DNA of 63,413 nucleotides, the filler included, from Octopus bimaculoides (lineage: Eukaryota): the NCBI RefSeq assembly GCF_001194135.2. It is 4 parts of 4 records of this genome, joined end to end, with 100 filler letters (N's around TTAATTAATTAA, not from the genome) between each part and the next. Parts side by side here need not be neighbours in the genome. Positions count along the whole stretch, not along the records: positions 26,936 to 40,960 come from NC_068987.1; positions 41,061 to 60,051 come from NC_068988.1; 2 more parts are not named here. One strand, written 5' to 3'. Below the pieces are notes generated by a model, which saw only the letters and a list, made by a program, of their open reading frames with translations, made no database searches and was not told the origin of the DNA. This document shows positions 38,356 to 52,210 of the stretch, in pieces. Both the position numbers and the translations under genes were made by a program. The number at the start of each line of letters is the position of its first letter. Position 1 is the first letter of the stretch.

Positions 38356-40917
38356 NNNNNNNNNNNNNNNNNNNNNNNNNNNNNNNNNNNNNNNNNNNNN
38401 NNNNNNNNNNNNNNNNNNNNNNNNNNNNNNNNNNNNNNNNNNNNNNNNNNNNNNNNNNNNNNNNNNNNNNNNNNNNNNNNNNNNNNNNNNNNNNNNNNNN
38501 NNNNNNNNNNNNNNNNNNNNNNNNNNNNNNNNNNNNNNNNNNNNNNNNNNNNNNNNNNNNNNNNNNNNNNNNNNNNNNNNNNNNNNNNNNNNNNNNNNNN
38601 NNNNNNNNNNNNNNNNNNNNNNNNNNNNNNNNNNNNNNNNNNNNNNNNNNNNNNNNNNNNNNNNNNNNNNNNNNNNNNNNNNNNNNNNNNNNNNNNNNNN
38701 NNNNNNNNNNNNNNNNNNNNNNNNNNNNNNNNNNNNNNNNNNNNNNNNNNNNNNNNNNNNNNNNNNNNNNNNNNNNNNNNNNNNNNNNNNNNNNNNNNNN
38801 NNNNNNNNNNNNNNNNNNNNNNNNNNNNNNNNNNNNNNNNNNNNNNNNNNNNNNNNNNNNNNNNNNNNNNNNNNNNNNNNNNNNNNNNNNNNNNNNNNNN
38901 NNNNNNNNNNNNNNNNNNNNNNNNNNNNNNNNNNNNNNNNNNNNNNNNNNNNNNNNNNNNNNNNNNNNNNNNNNNNNNNNNNNNNNNNNNNNNNNNNNNN
39001 NNNNNNNNNNNNNNNNNNNNNNNNNNNNNNNNNNNNNNNNNNNNNNNNNNNNNNNNNNNNNNNNNNNNNNNNNNNNNNNNNNNNNNNNNNNNNNNNNNNN
39101 NNNNNNNNNNNNNNNNNNNNNNNNNNNNNNNNNNNNNNNNNNNNNNNNNNNNNNNNNNNNNNNNNNNNNNNNNNNNNNNNNNNNNNNNNNNNNNNNNNNN
39201 NNNNNNNNNNNNNNNNNNNNNNNNNNNNNNNNNNNNNNNNNNNNNNNNAGCTAACGAGATCCTAAAGACTTAATAATAGTTATGTATGTGTTTTTTCGTG
39301 TTTTGTTCGAAAGGTAACTACTCCCGAAGAAGTGCCAAATGCCTAAATCCAATGGACCAGTCACTGGATAAGTTTGGCACAGAAATGTTAACATAGAGTG
39401 GTGAATAAATCGATATATCGAATTTGAAGTCTCTGTCTCTTTTGAATATGAAAATTTAAAAGTTTAAAAACCTTATAATATATATATATATATTAACCTT
39501 CAAAGCTGATGAAAAGGAATTTTGAACCACTTTTGAACCACTTTTGAACTTCAGATATCGATATGAATTAAATACATATGATTTATGTATATACATACAT
39601 ACATACATACATACATACATAATTGCACACTCACATGCATGCATTCATACATTCATATGTATATGTATGAATGTATGTATAAATGTATATATATATATAA
39701 ATGTATATATACCGAGTAAGCACATAAATGTGAAACAAGGTGGAAAAAAGAGTACTCAAATACCAGAGGTAGAGTACTTTTAAATAAAGTATGTATATGC
39801 ATGTATGTACATATACATATTTATATACATAAATATATACATACATAAAAAGATACACACACACACATACATACATACATATATACAACTATCTTTCTCA
39901 ATTGGCCAGAAATCTTGAAATAAACTGAATGACATCCATCCATCCATCCATACATACATACATACATGCATACATACACACATACATACATACATGCATA
40001 CATACACACATACATACATAGTGTCCATTTTGATGACAAATCAAATCCTTCTGATTCAAAAGATTGTCTACAGTAAGCTCTGATGAACATATTTTTTTTT
40101 TCATCTCCATAATATTCTTTAAGTTTGCTTTCTTTATCATAAATACTATCATACGAAATATTTTCATTTGCCGTTTAGTATCTATAAGATTCTTCGAAAA
40201 ATACTTGAAAAATAGTCGGACCATAAATACGAGAAATGTTTCTGTGATTGTATACATTTTTTTCCTTGTTTTACAATGGAATAAGAATATTTCTCATGAC
40301 AACACTTCCTTATTTGCTGTGGGAATATCATAACCGGGTCAAGATTATCTTTCATATCATTTATATTTTTGTTTCATATCGTCCACAACGAAGCTGTGTC
40401 TTTGGTTTAAGTTTCTGTCTTCCTGTGATAAAAAAAATTATAAACCCTTCCAACTTCTTCAACAAGGCGTCAGTAGTTTAAAATTTTATGATGTAGCTTT
40501 CTGAACAGTCGGTCTGAGTTCGAATCCCGGCGGACGCAGCCCTACATTTTTAAATGGCCGTTGCGCTACAGATATTCCTCTAGGCGAGAAGAAATTTCCG
40601 AAACAATACCCGACTTGTTGCATAACTTGAGCCTTTCCTCTTCTTTGCTTCTGGACTAATTGTCTTCGTAACGAGAGCCTTTGCAGTGTCGTGCAAGCTT
40701 TTATTGACTTTAAACTTTAATATCAAGGATAACATTATTTGTCACTGAGGGTCACTCAACCATGAGTTGACTAAATGTATGTATGTATGCATGGATGTAT
40801 ATATGAATATATTATGCGTGTATGTATGTGTGTATTCATTTACACGTGCACTTTTGGTGGTATACGTTCGTATGTTCAGCCGCACGTATCTGGGCGCGCG
40901 CACGTGTGTGTGTGTGT

Positions 40918-40960
<43 letters not shown>

Positions 40961-41060
40961 NNNNNNNNNNNNNNNNNNNNNNNNNNNNNNNNNNNNNNNN
41001 NNNNTTAATTAATTAANNNNNNNNNNNNNNNNNNNNNNNNNNNNNNNNNNNNNNNNNNNN

Positions 41061-41097
<37 letters not shown>

Positions 41098-41852
41098 CAT
41101 ATGCATATATATATATATATATATATATACGCATATATATATATATATGTATATATAAAAGATATATATATTATGCACACATACACACTCCAACGCACGC
41201 ACATACATACACATATAGATACATGTGTGTATGCATAGGTATATGTATGCATAATGAACATGTTTACGTTGTGTTTGTGCGAAGTGTGTGCACATTTGTC
41301 TGGAAATGATTTACTTTGCTAATATACTTTAATCCGAGAGATTGTTTTGTTATATACTTTTACGAAATGTCTATTAAACAATAATCTATTCAGTATATTA
41401 GCAAAACAAACAATTATATACAACTGTAATTATATACGAATGTAAGTGAATAATTTCTCATAAAATTGCGATGGTAATTACGTGTATGTGAGTGCATGTA
41501 TGCATACATGAGTATAACAGAATATGCATACATGAACATAACAGTGCGCGCGCACACACACACATGCACACATATATACATATATATAAGTATATGTGTG
41601 TGTGTATACACAAACACGCGCACGTATATATTTTTAGATATATAAAAATTTAAATATACGAGTATGCGTGTGTATGTGTGTATATGCGTGTGATCTCGCA
41701 TACTTGTTGTTTGTGCGTAGTTTTGCTTGTTTCCGTTTGTTTGTATTAACACGCTCGAAAATTCATTATATGAGCGTGTACATATGTATTTGATATACAT
41801 TTATAAATATATACATATACATATACATACGTAGATACATATATATAAATAC

Positions 41853-41900
<48 letters not shown>

Positions 41901-42605
41901 NNNNNNNNNNNNNNNNNNNNNNNNNNNNNNNNNNNNNNNNNNNNNNNNNNNNNNNNNNNNNNNNNNNNNNNNNNNNNNNNNNNNNNNNNNNNNNNNNNNN
42001 NNNNNNNNNNNNNNNNNNNNNNNNNNNNNNNNNNNNNNNNNNNNNNNNNNNNNNNNNNNNNNNNNNNNNNNNNNNNNTATATATATATTTGCATGTATGT
42101 ATATAAGTATGTATATATATATTTGTGTGTGTTTATATAGATATATCATATGTATGCATATGTGCATTCACGTATATAATTTTATTTTTAAAAAACGCAT
42201 GTAATCGAACGCCAACAGTAAATTTATAAATTTACACATTTAATGCTTCACCAATATAAATAGACAAAGCTTACTTGCATGTTTATCTGCAATTTCAATT
42301 GAAATTTATCGGAAGATTTACTTAATTGGCTCATTTTTCTGCAATTCCCAGTAAGAAAATAATCTCGGAAATATGATTGGTCTGCAAATAGCTATCAGAA
42401 GCGTTTTCGTATCACACACAACTTTGAATTATATGGAAATGAATGATGCATGTACGTCTTACAACATATGTTTGCATTCGAGGTGCTTCTAACGCAATCC
42501 TCATGCACCTAATATTTTAATATCATGAAGTTACTTGTAAATATATCTGATACAAGTGTGCGCATGTGTATACGTATGATTGTTTCATATCTATATGGCT
42601 TTGAT

Positions 42606-43215
42606 CTTTTACTTGTTTCAGTCATTAAACTGCAATCATGCTGGGGGACACCGCCTTCCAGAAATGTTCGTTGAATGAATCGACCTCAGTACTTTTATTT
42701 TGTGATCCTGGTATTTATTCAGTCGGGTTCTTTTGATGTAAATACACTAACAATCGATTGTCAAGCGGTGGTGGGGGACAAACAGACAGAAAGACTATTG
42801 GTGCACTCAACTGAAACGATGTCGAATTAAAATCTCTACCATAGTAACTACATAATATCAATATTTATATAATTACGTATTTAAAATACATAATTAATTA
42901 ATTTGTATGGTAAGTAGCTTGCTTAACAACCACATGGTTCCAAACCTTGTGAGTGGACTTGGTAGACGGAAACTTAAAGAAGCCCATCGTATATATATGT
43001 GTGTATATGTATGATTGTGTGTCTGTGTTTGTCCCCTCACCGTCGCTTGACAACTGATCTTGGTGCGTTTATGTCCCCGTAACTAGCAGTTCGGCAAAAA
43101 TGACCGATAGAATAAGTACTAGGCTTACAAAGAATAAGTCCAGGAGTCGATTTGTTCTACTAAAGGCGGTGTTCCAGCATGGCCGTAGTCAAATGACTGA
43201 AAGAAATTAAAAGAA
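42606..43215. mobile_element. Family B SINE pair: minus-strand tail fragment (42606-42790) and plus-strand copy with internal deletion (42905-43215)
   Basis: ttttacttgtttcagtcatt.. on the left; tggtaagtagcttgc..aaatgactgaaa on the right. Confidence 0.8.
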
Positions 43216-43739
43216 ATAAATAAGGAAGAATTATGCATCTAATAAAAAAAAGATAAAGGTGAAAAAGTGATATAAAAGTACTTTAGTAGATCCAAATATT
43301 TAAATTTACAATGATATCATGATGTCCATTTGTTATCTTTCTCTTCTGACGAAATGAGTAACCAGTCAGACGTAAACTTTAGGAATTCCAACTTAGATTT
43401 CCTTTTCAATGCTTTTTAAATTGCCTTTCTGTCTCAGAATACACATATTTATCTGCTCACCATAGATCAATTACTCGTCAAAACAATTGCTCTTTTCTTG
43501 ACTGTGAAATTAGCAGCTGGTTAGTTTCTACCACAACTTCATCTTATAAGCTACTGCTTCTTTCAAACTAAGTCAAACTAGTGTTATAGAATGTACAGCT
43601 GTTCTTTAATACGTGCTGACACCGTTGTACCATTTATGAAAGTATACTTTCAGCTATCATGGGACCTACTGCACTGTTTCAACTGCAATAAAATAAGGAG
43701 CAACTCCCCAATTACATCATGATTTTAAATGATTTAGCC

Positions 43740-44130
43740 GAGAGAAAGACGTTGTACCCATACCTTCACCTTTCACTGGACACCAGTCAGGTTGATGTAG
43801 TTGCTGTTCTTCCTGAGCAGACTCCAGGAAAGATATGGTCAAGAGAGAAATTCATGAGGATTGACATTCAGGCAAAAATGATTATACGTAAGTGGAGTAA
43901 TGAGGATGCTGCAATACAGAGCGCCGAGTAGAGGCTAACTACCTCCGAAGAAGCAGAAGCAACTGCAGTAGCCATAGAAAAAGTAGAGGGAGGAGTGAAC
44001 AATTATGAGACAGAGATAGGAGTATGAGGCTTAGCGAATTCATAGAAATCATTTGGTAGCCTTTAAGTGGAAGCAGTCTGGCATATCTGTATGTCCTGCA
44101 AGAGCCGTTGAAAATACAGGAGTACATATT
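43740..44130 (-). pseudogene. Possible CR1/L2-type LINE C-terminal relic
   Basis: Minus frame ..HSSLYFFYGYCS..NHFCLNVNPH..FLS*PYLSWSLL loosely resembles the SL.LFY.YY.G.CS..H.F.V...W..LP end of CR1/L2 ORF2; many stops. Confidence 0.3.
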
Positions 44131-44577
44131 TTTGAATATTTTATTCATTTGTTGAGAGCTGTAGAGTGCTTATTTTTTTTACATTCAAGAGGTGTACATA
44201 CTTTTCGATGCTGTTTTTGCTGTATTATAGGTAAGAGATTGCCAAAAACAGATCGTCGCACTTGCAATAACTTCTTAAAATATGAAGGCGGCACATGGAC
44301 ACACACATATGTACGTGTGCGTGTGCGTGTGTTTATTTGTGAGTATCTCTCTCGCTTTCACCCTCTCTCTCTCGCTTTCACCCTCTCTCTCTCTCTTTCT
44401 ATACATATATATATATATATATAACGTGAGCGAGTTAGGAATTGAGGGTTCAACCCACTAAGGGATAGTATCTATCCAGTATACAGCTGGGAGGGTACCC
44501 AATTATTGCTGCACTAGTGCTATTACTAAGTGCAATCAATGGGAGCGGGTAAAAGTGGAGGTTTTACCCCAAATTTG

Positions 44578-44943
44578 TATAACAATTAGAAAATGGAGGA
44601 TAATATGCTGAACCCAACTACTTGCAGACAATGTATCCCGTTGAATTCATTAATTTAATTCATAGCAAAAGTGAATGGGTCTTGCTAAAACTAGGCCGAA
44701 AGAGCTGCAAGATTAAACTTCTGTTCATCCTCTAATTCCTTATGTACTTTGTACTTCTATATGTAAACCAGGTTGGCAAAATAACATAGTCTGCCATAGA
44801 CACCTATGCTTTGGTTCTTTCTTTCTTTTTCTTTCTTCTTTTTTTGTCACTTTTGCTATGAATTAAATTAATGAATTCAACGGGATACATTGTCTGCAAG
44901 TAGTTGGGTTCAGCATATTATCCTCCATTTTCTAATTGTTATA
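44578..44943. repeat. Perfect 97-bp inverted repeat with 172-bp spacer
   Basis: 44578-44674 is the exact reverse complement of 44847-44943. Confidence 0.95.
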
Positions 44944-44969
44944 TATATAGATATATATATATATATATA

Positions 44970-45574
44970 TACTTGCTAATCACTTCAATTTATTTTCCAA
45001 CAAGTTACTAATCGTTTCCACTTTTTAATTTATTTCGTCACAAGTAGCTATTCTCTTGCAGTTGTCTTTAAATAATTTCATTTAATATGCTCTACTGAAG
45101 AGCATTTCACTCTGTCTACTCTCAGACCATAACCAATGGTTTGGCCATAAACTGAAGATGACCAAGAACATTTTAAGGAACATCACAGCAAGTGGTACAA
45201 CCGTAATATAACTGATTAATCAAAAGCACATCTAGAAAGATATACACACAGGCATGCTGCACATCTTTCTAGATGTGCCATTGATTAATCAGTTATATTA
45301 CGGTTGTACCACTTGCTGTGATGTTCCTTAAAATGTTCTTGGTCATCTTCAGTTTATGGCCAAACCATTGGTTATGGTCTGAGAGTAGACAGAGTGAAAT
45401 GCTCTTCAGTAGAGCATATTAAAAGAAATTATTTAAAGACAACTGCAAGAGAATAGCTACTTGTGAGGAAATAAATTAAAAAGTGGAAACGATTAGTAAC
45501 TTGTGGGAAAATAAATTAAAAAGTGGAAACGATTAGTAACTTGTGAGAAAATAAATTGAAGTGATTAGCAAGTA
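44970..45574. repeat. 272-bp-stem hairpin with 21-nt loop
   Basis: 44970-45241 vs 45263-45574: about 5-6 mismatches plus one extra 40-bp tandem unit in the right arm. Confidence 0.95.
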
Positions 45575-46334
45575 GCCACAAGATAACTGATAGTTATTTG
45601 TAGCAAGTTGGTAAATAACTGGTATTCAGGGAAAAGTTATGGGGAAATGTCTGGTATTGATAGGCATCTCATGGGACGATAACTTGTGGACATTTACTAG
45701 TTTGTGGGAAAATACCTTGAAAGGAAATCATTTCGTAGAAATTATTTCAAAATGACCAGTATATGCTTTCAAGGTGATTTCAAGATTACCAGTATCGATT
45801 TTTCAAATCGATAATTTAACTATGTTCAATCCTAGGAAACTACTTGTGGGTAACGTATAAAACAATATTCTCGCCGTGAAGATGTGAATGATCTCACGTT
45901 TTAATTCTTGTACTGCATTTGAATACCTGCAACAGCAAAAGTAGATTCCATTTTGAATGAAAGTTAATAAAAATTTACTCTGCCTGTTTCTCCCTCACAG
46001 ACAGGGTTAAAAATTCCCAAAAAATTATTTTCTTTCAAACTGTCACGATAACTAAAATTTCTGTCTCTCTTAGAAGCACTTCTTTGTGGTTACCAACCTA
46101 ATTCATAGCTGAGGTCTGTTTAAGATATAAGATAAGGAGACTTTAAATCAGATGACAAAATTAATAAAATATTAAAGACTGATTGCAGATTAAACGAGGC
46201 ACCATATCCTGAAGGTTGCAATTATGGTAAAATCTATTAAATTAACTTACACCCATATTCAAATTATTAAACCTGCTTTATTGGTTTAAAACATGAAGTT
46301 ACCTTTTTTGTATTCGAGTTTTTCTACACTTTTA

Positions 46335-46570
46335 CAGTGGTTAGGGTGTTGGACTCATGATCATAAGATTGTGATTTCGATTCCTGGATCGGGTGGCGCG
46401 TTGTGTTCTTGAGCAAAACATCACATTTCATATTGGTCCAGTCCACTCAGCTGGCAAAAATGAACCATCCTGCGATAGACCGGTATCCCGTCCAGGTGGG
46501 ATATTTTATACGCCATGAAACTGGGAAACCGGCCCTTATGAGACGGCATGACTCCAGAAGGTAACTTTAC
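46335..46570 (+). mobile_element. tRNA-derived SINE family F
   Basis: agtggttagggtgttggactc..ttcgattcctgg head, gttcttgagcaaaac centre, cctgcgatagac..cccgtccagg motif, aactttact tail. Confidence 0.75.
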
Positions 46571-47128
46571 TTGATACTTCGATTGAAAGCTGACACCCAT
46601 AAATTAACAACGATGTCGTTCTCATTTATTCGGTACAAGGATATAGATATGCGATGTTAGCTAAGAAAACACCCGTTCATTTTATAGTACTATCACTGTT
46701 TACAATAATGTTTTATGCGAATATGAGTATTTCTACCCCAGTGGCTTACTCTCATAGAAATAGCAGCTAAGCCTCCTTCAAATTATATTCAAATGTCTTA
46801 AACACATGAAGGCACCATGACTGATGTTGTAGTAGGATATTTTTATTTCTGAAATTAACGGGAGAGTGGCAGGGCTGGAATGATATGGGCCATAAGACTG
46901 CTTCAATGGTTCTGATGCAAGCTAAATAAAAAACAAAAAAAACGCAGCAACGAAAAAAACAAGAAAAACAGTAATGAATTATGCCTCCACATTCCTCTAA
47001 CTTCATACCGTCATTCATTAGGGATTTACATTTAATCACTTATTCTATCTCGATTGGCATTAAAAAAGAAAATAAGTTGCTAATATCGTTACAGCTTATT
47101 TTCACTGTTATTTGTGGAAAGGGAGAAA

Positions 47129-47166
<38 letters not shown>

Positions 47167-48046
47167 CTGTATCATCATTATGCAGTAGTTACCATCACTG
47201 CAACAACCGCAGCATCAACATGACACGTGATATATTGTAACAACACCGAGTAATATAAAGAGAAAAATAAGAAAGAAAAATACTAAAGAGTCTAAATCTA
47301 TCTACTTTCTATTCTCTTCCACCTCTTTGCAAGAAAATAAATAAAGGAACCTCGAGTGATGTTCCAGTGACAATGTGTTATCATCACACAAGAAGATTAT
47401 CACCTGCATCCTTACTTTCTGTCTTTAATCCTTTACTTATAGCCTTTCACCACTTTCAACATGTTCAACAACTTCAAAAGCAAATGCAATCCAAATGAAT
47501 GAAGTTTCTACAACAGGTATCTATTTACATACACACATACATACATACATATATATATATGTGTGCATATATATATATGTATATATATNNNNNNNNNNNN
47601 NNNNNNNNNNNNNNNNNNNNNNNNNNNNNNNNNNNNNNNNNNNNNNNNNNNNNNNNNNNNNNNNNNNNNNNNNNNNNNNNNNNNNNNNNNNNNNNNNNNN
47701 NNNNNNNNNNNNNNNNNNNNNNNNNNNNNNNNNNNNNNNNNNNNNNNNNNNNNNNNNNNNNNNNNNNNNNNNNNNNNNNNNNNNNNNNNNNNNNNNNNNN
47801 NNNNNNNNNNNNNNNNNNNNNNNNNNNNNNNNNNNNNNNNNNNNNNNNNNNNNNNNNNNNNNNNNNNNNNNNNNNNNNNNNNNNNNNNNNNNNNNNNNNN
47901 NNNNNNNNNNNNNNNNNNNNNNNNNNNNNNNNNNNNNNNNNNNNNNNNNNNNNNNNNNNNNNNNNNNNNNNNNNNNNNNNNNNNNNNNNNNNNNNNNNNN
48001 NNNNNNNNNNNNNNNNNNNNNNNNNNNNNNNNNNNNNNNNNNNNNN

Positions 48047-48092
<46 letters not shown>

Positions 48093-48680
48093 GCACACAG
48101 TGTTTTATTCTGCATATCTTTATATATATTCATACACATGCATTAATATATATATGTATGTGTATACCTATTTACGGGCGCACGCGTATGTATGTGTATG
48201 CAACTGTGGATATATTTGTGTGTGTGCGAATGCATTCATCTAATAAAAACCAAACACTAGATAAGAGTTTGGAAAAATGAAGAATATGTTATGGTTGTAA
48301 ATATGGCTTCAATAATGGTGCACCGAGGACCAAAAATGGAATATATCTGTAAGTATCGCTGCCATAAGTACTATCAGCTCCATTGAGGAACTCATTGAAA
48401 CTATATGATGCCAAACTAAGCAAAAAGAAACCAAAGAGAACAGAAAAATGGGAAGACACTTGTGTAATATGGTGACTTGATAAGAAAGTAAGAACTTTCT
48501 TATGTCCTACATGTTTATTGCTTTTGTATAATAGCATGTATTTCCTTGGTTTAACTTGATCACTTCAATGGACATTGCACATATACACAAACCTTGTCAC
48601 ATCTAGCCCCACTCCACTCCTTCGAACACACACACAAGGAGAAAACTCATAAATACATACATTCATACATGATGATATGC

Positions 48681-48712
<32 letters not shown>

Positions 48713-48903
48713 GCACATACACACACCTAGGCACACTGTGTAATGGTGCTTACTTAGGTATCATACTTATGTGAGACTATTACATACATTGTACTGCGTC
48801 GTTATACCTGCCGTTTCAAAATCCTGACACGCTTCTCAGTTTGCGAAAACTTAATGCACTTACGTAAATATATATAAGAATGTGAACGTATACGTTTTGT
48901 ATG

Positions 48904-48952
<49 letters not shown>

Positions 48953-50186
48953 ATTTCTCCAAAAATTGCGTTATTCGGCGCCAGAGTCCAGAGTCCAGAA
49001 TTCTAATAATTCCCTGGCTTCTTGTTATTTCTGAAATAGCATTAGTTATATACACGACTGTTACCTCACAGAGGGTAAATCCAACGACCTTAAATCATAT
49101 GTTTTGTTCCTCTGATGCCTCTTAATGCTAAAACGTTTGTAGCTAGGATCTACTATAGGTTAATGGACAAATGCTTTTCATAAAAAATTTAATGAACCTA
49201 TGTTGAGTCCTCTTATAGCTGCGTACCTAGCTTGAACAACATATTAGTAAATAAACCCAAACTCAGATATCGGCGGACCACATGTTCACTAAACTTTCAA
49301 TGTAACAAGGAACCCATCGTTTTGAAGTGAAGGTAGCCACAAAATATTCCACTGCGACGAAAATTTACAGCCTCAAAAGAACGCTTTTTACGATCAGGTT
49401 TAACAAGTCCTATTTTGATATGCTGGACAGGCTTAACGTTCAAACATAGCCTAGAAATATAGGTAGAAAACGTTGCAAAAATCATGCGCAGATTGCGAGA
49501 AAACTGAAGAACTTACCTCAACAATACTACGATGTGCTAACATTGCTTAGCACAATAATTATAGTGGAAAACTTCCTCCGTCTATGGAAGTTGTCTGAAT
49601 TTTACCTGTGAAGATTTTACTCGTGGAAGCGAATATATTTTATACAGCTGATCGCATGCACCACGAAGACCAAATGTGTTTTTATCTCATTGGTGTTTCC
49701 CACATCATAAATAGGTGTTTAATGTGTTACTTAACACCTATGTGTTATATATTCTCATTTATAAATGCATATACTACACCACACATGTTTAAAAACTAAC
49801 CTTTCTCACATATATCCAGTCCTGCTATTCTGTCTGTCTCCAGATACTTCTTAACCCCCACTTCATCATCTCCGCTTCACTCTTGCCCGTCTAATGATAA
49901 TGAAATGTGGAGCAAAACTGGGGTAAAATGTTAGGCGCTGATGGCTGACCTGCTAGGTTCGTTAGCTAAAAGAGACTAATAAAAGGATATAACTCTGATG
50001 ATCTTGAGAGCAACCCTTGTTGTCTTTGTTTTTTCAGTCTGTCTCCTTCATCCATAACCAAAACCAACAGAAAAATGGGAAGACATTGTGTAATATGGTG
50101 ACGTGAAAAGAAAGTAAGGACTTTCTTATGTCCTACATGCTTATTGCTTTTGTGCGTGTATATATATATATATATATATATATACG

Positions 50187-50410
50187 TGTAAATAATATGT
50201 GACAATTATTCGGTTGCCATAATAAAACTCCGAGTTTCGTATGTCGGAGCGGAAAGCCACGCCGCCATCTCTTCAGTTATCTGGCCATCGAAAAATGCTA
50301 TGAAAATGATGGCCAGATCACTGAAGATATGGCGGCGTGGGTTGCCGCCCCGACATCCGAAGCTCGGAGTTTTATCATGGCTACCGAATAATTGTCACAT
50401 ATTATTTACA
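50187..50410. mobile_element. Foldback MITE-like element, 103-bp arms and 18-nt loop
   Basis: 50187-50289 vs 50308-50410: 9 mismatches and no indels; GC- and CpG-rich relative to the flanks. Confidence 0.85.
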
Positions 50411-50849
50411 GATAAATTCCTCTATTTACATAATATCGAGGTTTCTTTCTTTCTTTTGTTGCCTTACCTTTCTATCAATATATATATATATATATATATA
50501 TATANNNNNNNNNNNNNNNNNNNNNNNNNNNNNNNNNNNNNNNNNNNNNNNNNNNNNNNNNNNNNNNNNNNNNNNNNNNNNNNNNNNNNNNNNNNNNNNN
50601 NNNNNNNNNNNNNNNNNNNNNNNNNNNNNNNNNNNNNNNNNNNNNNNNNNNNNNNNNNNNNNNNNNNNNNNNNNNNNNNNNNNNNNNNNNNNNNNNNNNN
50701 NNNNNNNNNNNNNNNNNNNNNNNNNNNNNNNNNNNNNNNNNNNNNNNNNNNNNNNNNNNNNNNNNNNNNNNNNNNNNNNNNTACTGACATGGAGGAAGTA
50801 AATAGACACATTTAATTTTCAAAATCGTTTATTTGATATTGGTTGAAGT

Positions 50850-51230
50850 TTTATTTAATTGGTTGAAGGAGAGATTTTCTTCTAACTGTTCGTCCATAAT
50901 ACCCAAGCTTAAGCAGGTATGTAACACGTCTTTGGACTAACCTCTCGCTGTTTTGCAATGTCAGAAGCCTTCGAACGTGATTCGTTTTCCACAATTCTCT
51001 TCAAACAGCGAAGGTTCCTTTCTGAGGGCCCCGGTCGGCCGGGACGAGAATTTGTTGATATTTTTTCCATGGCTTTTGAATTGCACTATAATTCTATTAA
51101 CAGTAGCAAGAGGAATTTGAAGAGTTTCGGCAATTGTTCAATGACTAAGACCAGCCTCAGACTGCGCAACAATACGTCCTCTTTAAAAATGTGACAGTTC
51201 TGCTGAGTTTTTTGTGTGTGCCAGGGCCAC
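50850..51230 (-). pseudogene. Tc1/mariner transposase N-terminal helix-turn-helix relic
   Basis: [82 protein letters not shown]..VSPKT/..KLGYYGRTVRRK; paired-like HTH and GRP motif of Tc1 transposases. Confidence 0.8.
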
Positions 51231-51371
51231 TCTTCACAAATGTTTAATATAATGGCACCTGGAATGAAAAAGAATAATTACATTGTAAATTATACACCGC
51301 TGAAACATATTAGGACGATTGGATGAAAAATTTGGAAAATTAAAAATGTCTATTTGCTTCCTGTATGTGAG

Positions 51372-52145
51372 TATATATATATATATATATATCACCAACA
51401 CCCAACTACATGTCTGTGAAAAGATACACACATGCATCATCAGACACCAAACACAGAAATACACACGCACACACATACACAGATAGCTAGCTAGCTAGAT
51501 AGATAGATAGTCACCATGCTTGATCGCANNNNNNNNNNNNNNNNNNNNNNNNNNNNNNNNNNNNNNNNNNNNNNNNNNNNNNNNNNNNNNNNNNNNNNNN
51601 NNNNNNNNNNNNNNNNNNNNNNNNNNNNNNNNNNNNNNNNNNNNNNNNNNNNNNTAGATAGATAGTCACCATGCTTGATCGCAGTATCCACAAGTATTTT
51701 TATGTTCTCTCTGTGCATTTTCTCTTATTCCTTTCTGTTGAAGAGCGTAGGCACGAAAAGTAAAAGACTTTCCCCACCTAATCGTTGTCAAACTAATACA
51801 CCTGCTTGTTGTTCATACAACTGTCTTCCTATTTTACATATATATATATATATATATCACCAACACCCAACTACATGTCTGTGAAAAGATACACACATGC
51901 ATCATCAGACACCAAACACAGAAATACACACGCACACACATACACAGATAGCTAGCTAGCTAGATAGATAGATAGTCACCATGCTTGATCGCAGTATCCA
52001 CAAGTATTTTTATGTTCTCTCTGTGCATTTTCTCTTATTCCTTTCTGTTGAAGAGCGTAGGCACGAAAAGTAAAAGACTTTCCCCACCTAATCGTTGTCA
52101 AACTAATACACCTGCTTGTTGTTCATACAACTGTCTTCCTATTTT

Positions 52146-52150
<5 letters not shown>
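51372..52150. repeat. 310-bp tandem duplication straddling a gap
   Basis: The same motif starts at 51655 and 51965; 51500-51528 repeats 51655-51683 across the gap. Confidence 0.85.

Positions 52151-52210
<60 letters not shown>

Noticed and set aside
51740-51775. Hammerhead-like ctgttgaa-gagc-gtag-gcac-gaaa
   Set aside because: Core deviates from CUGANGA and stem II is mismatched; not a credible active ribozyme.
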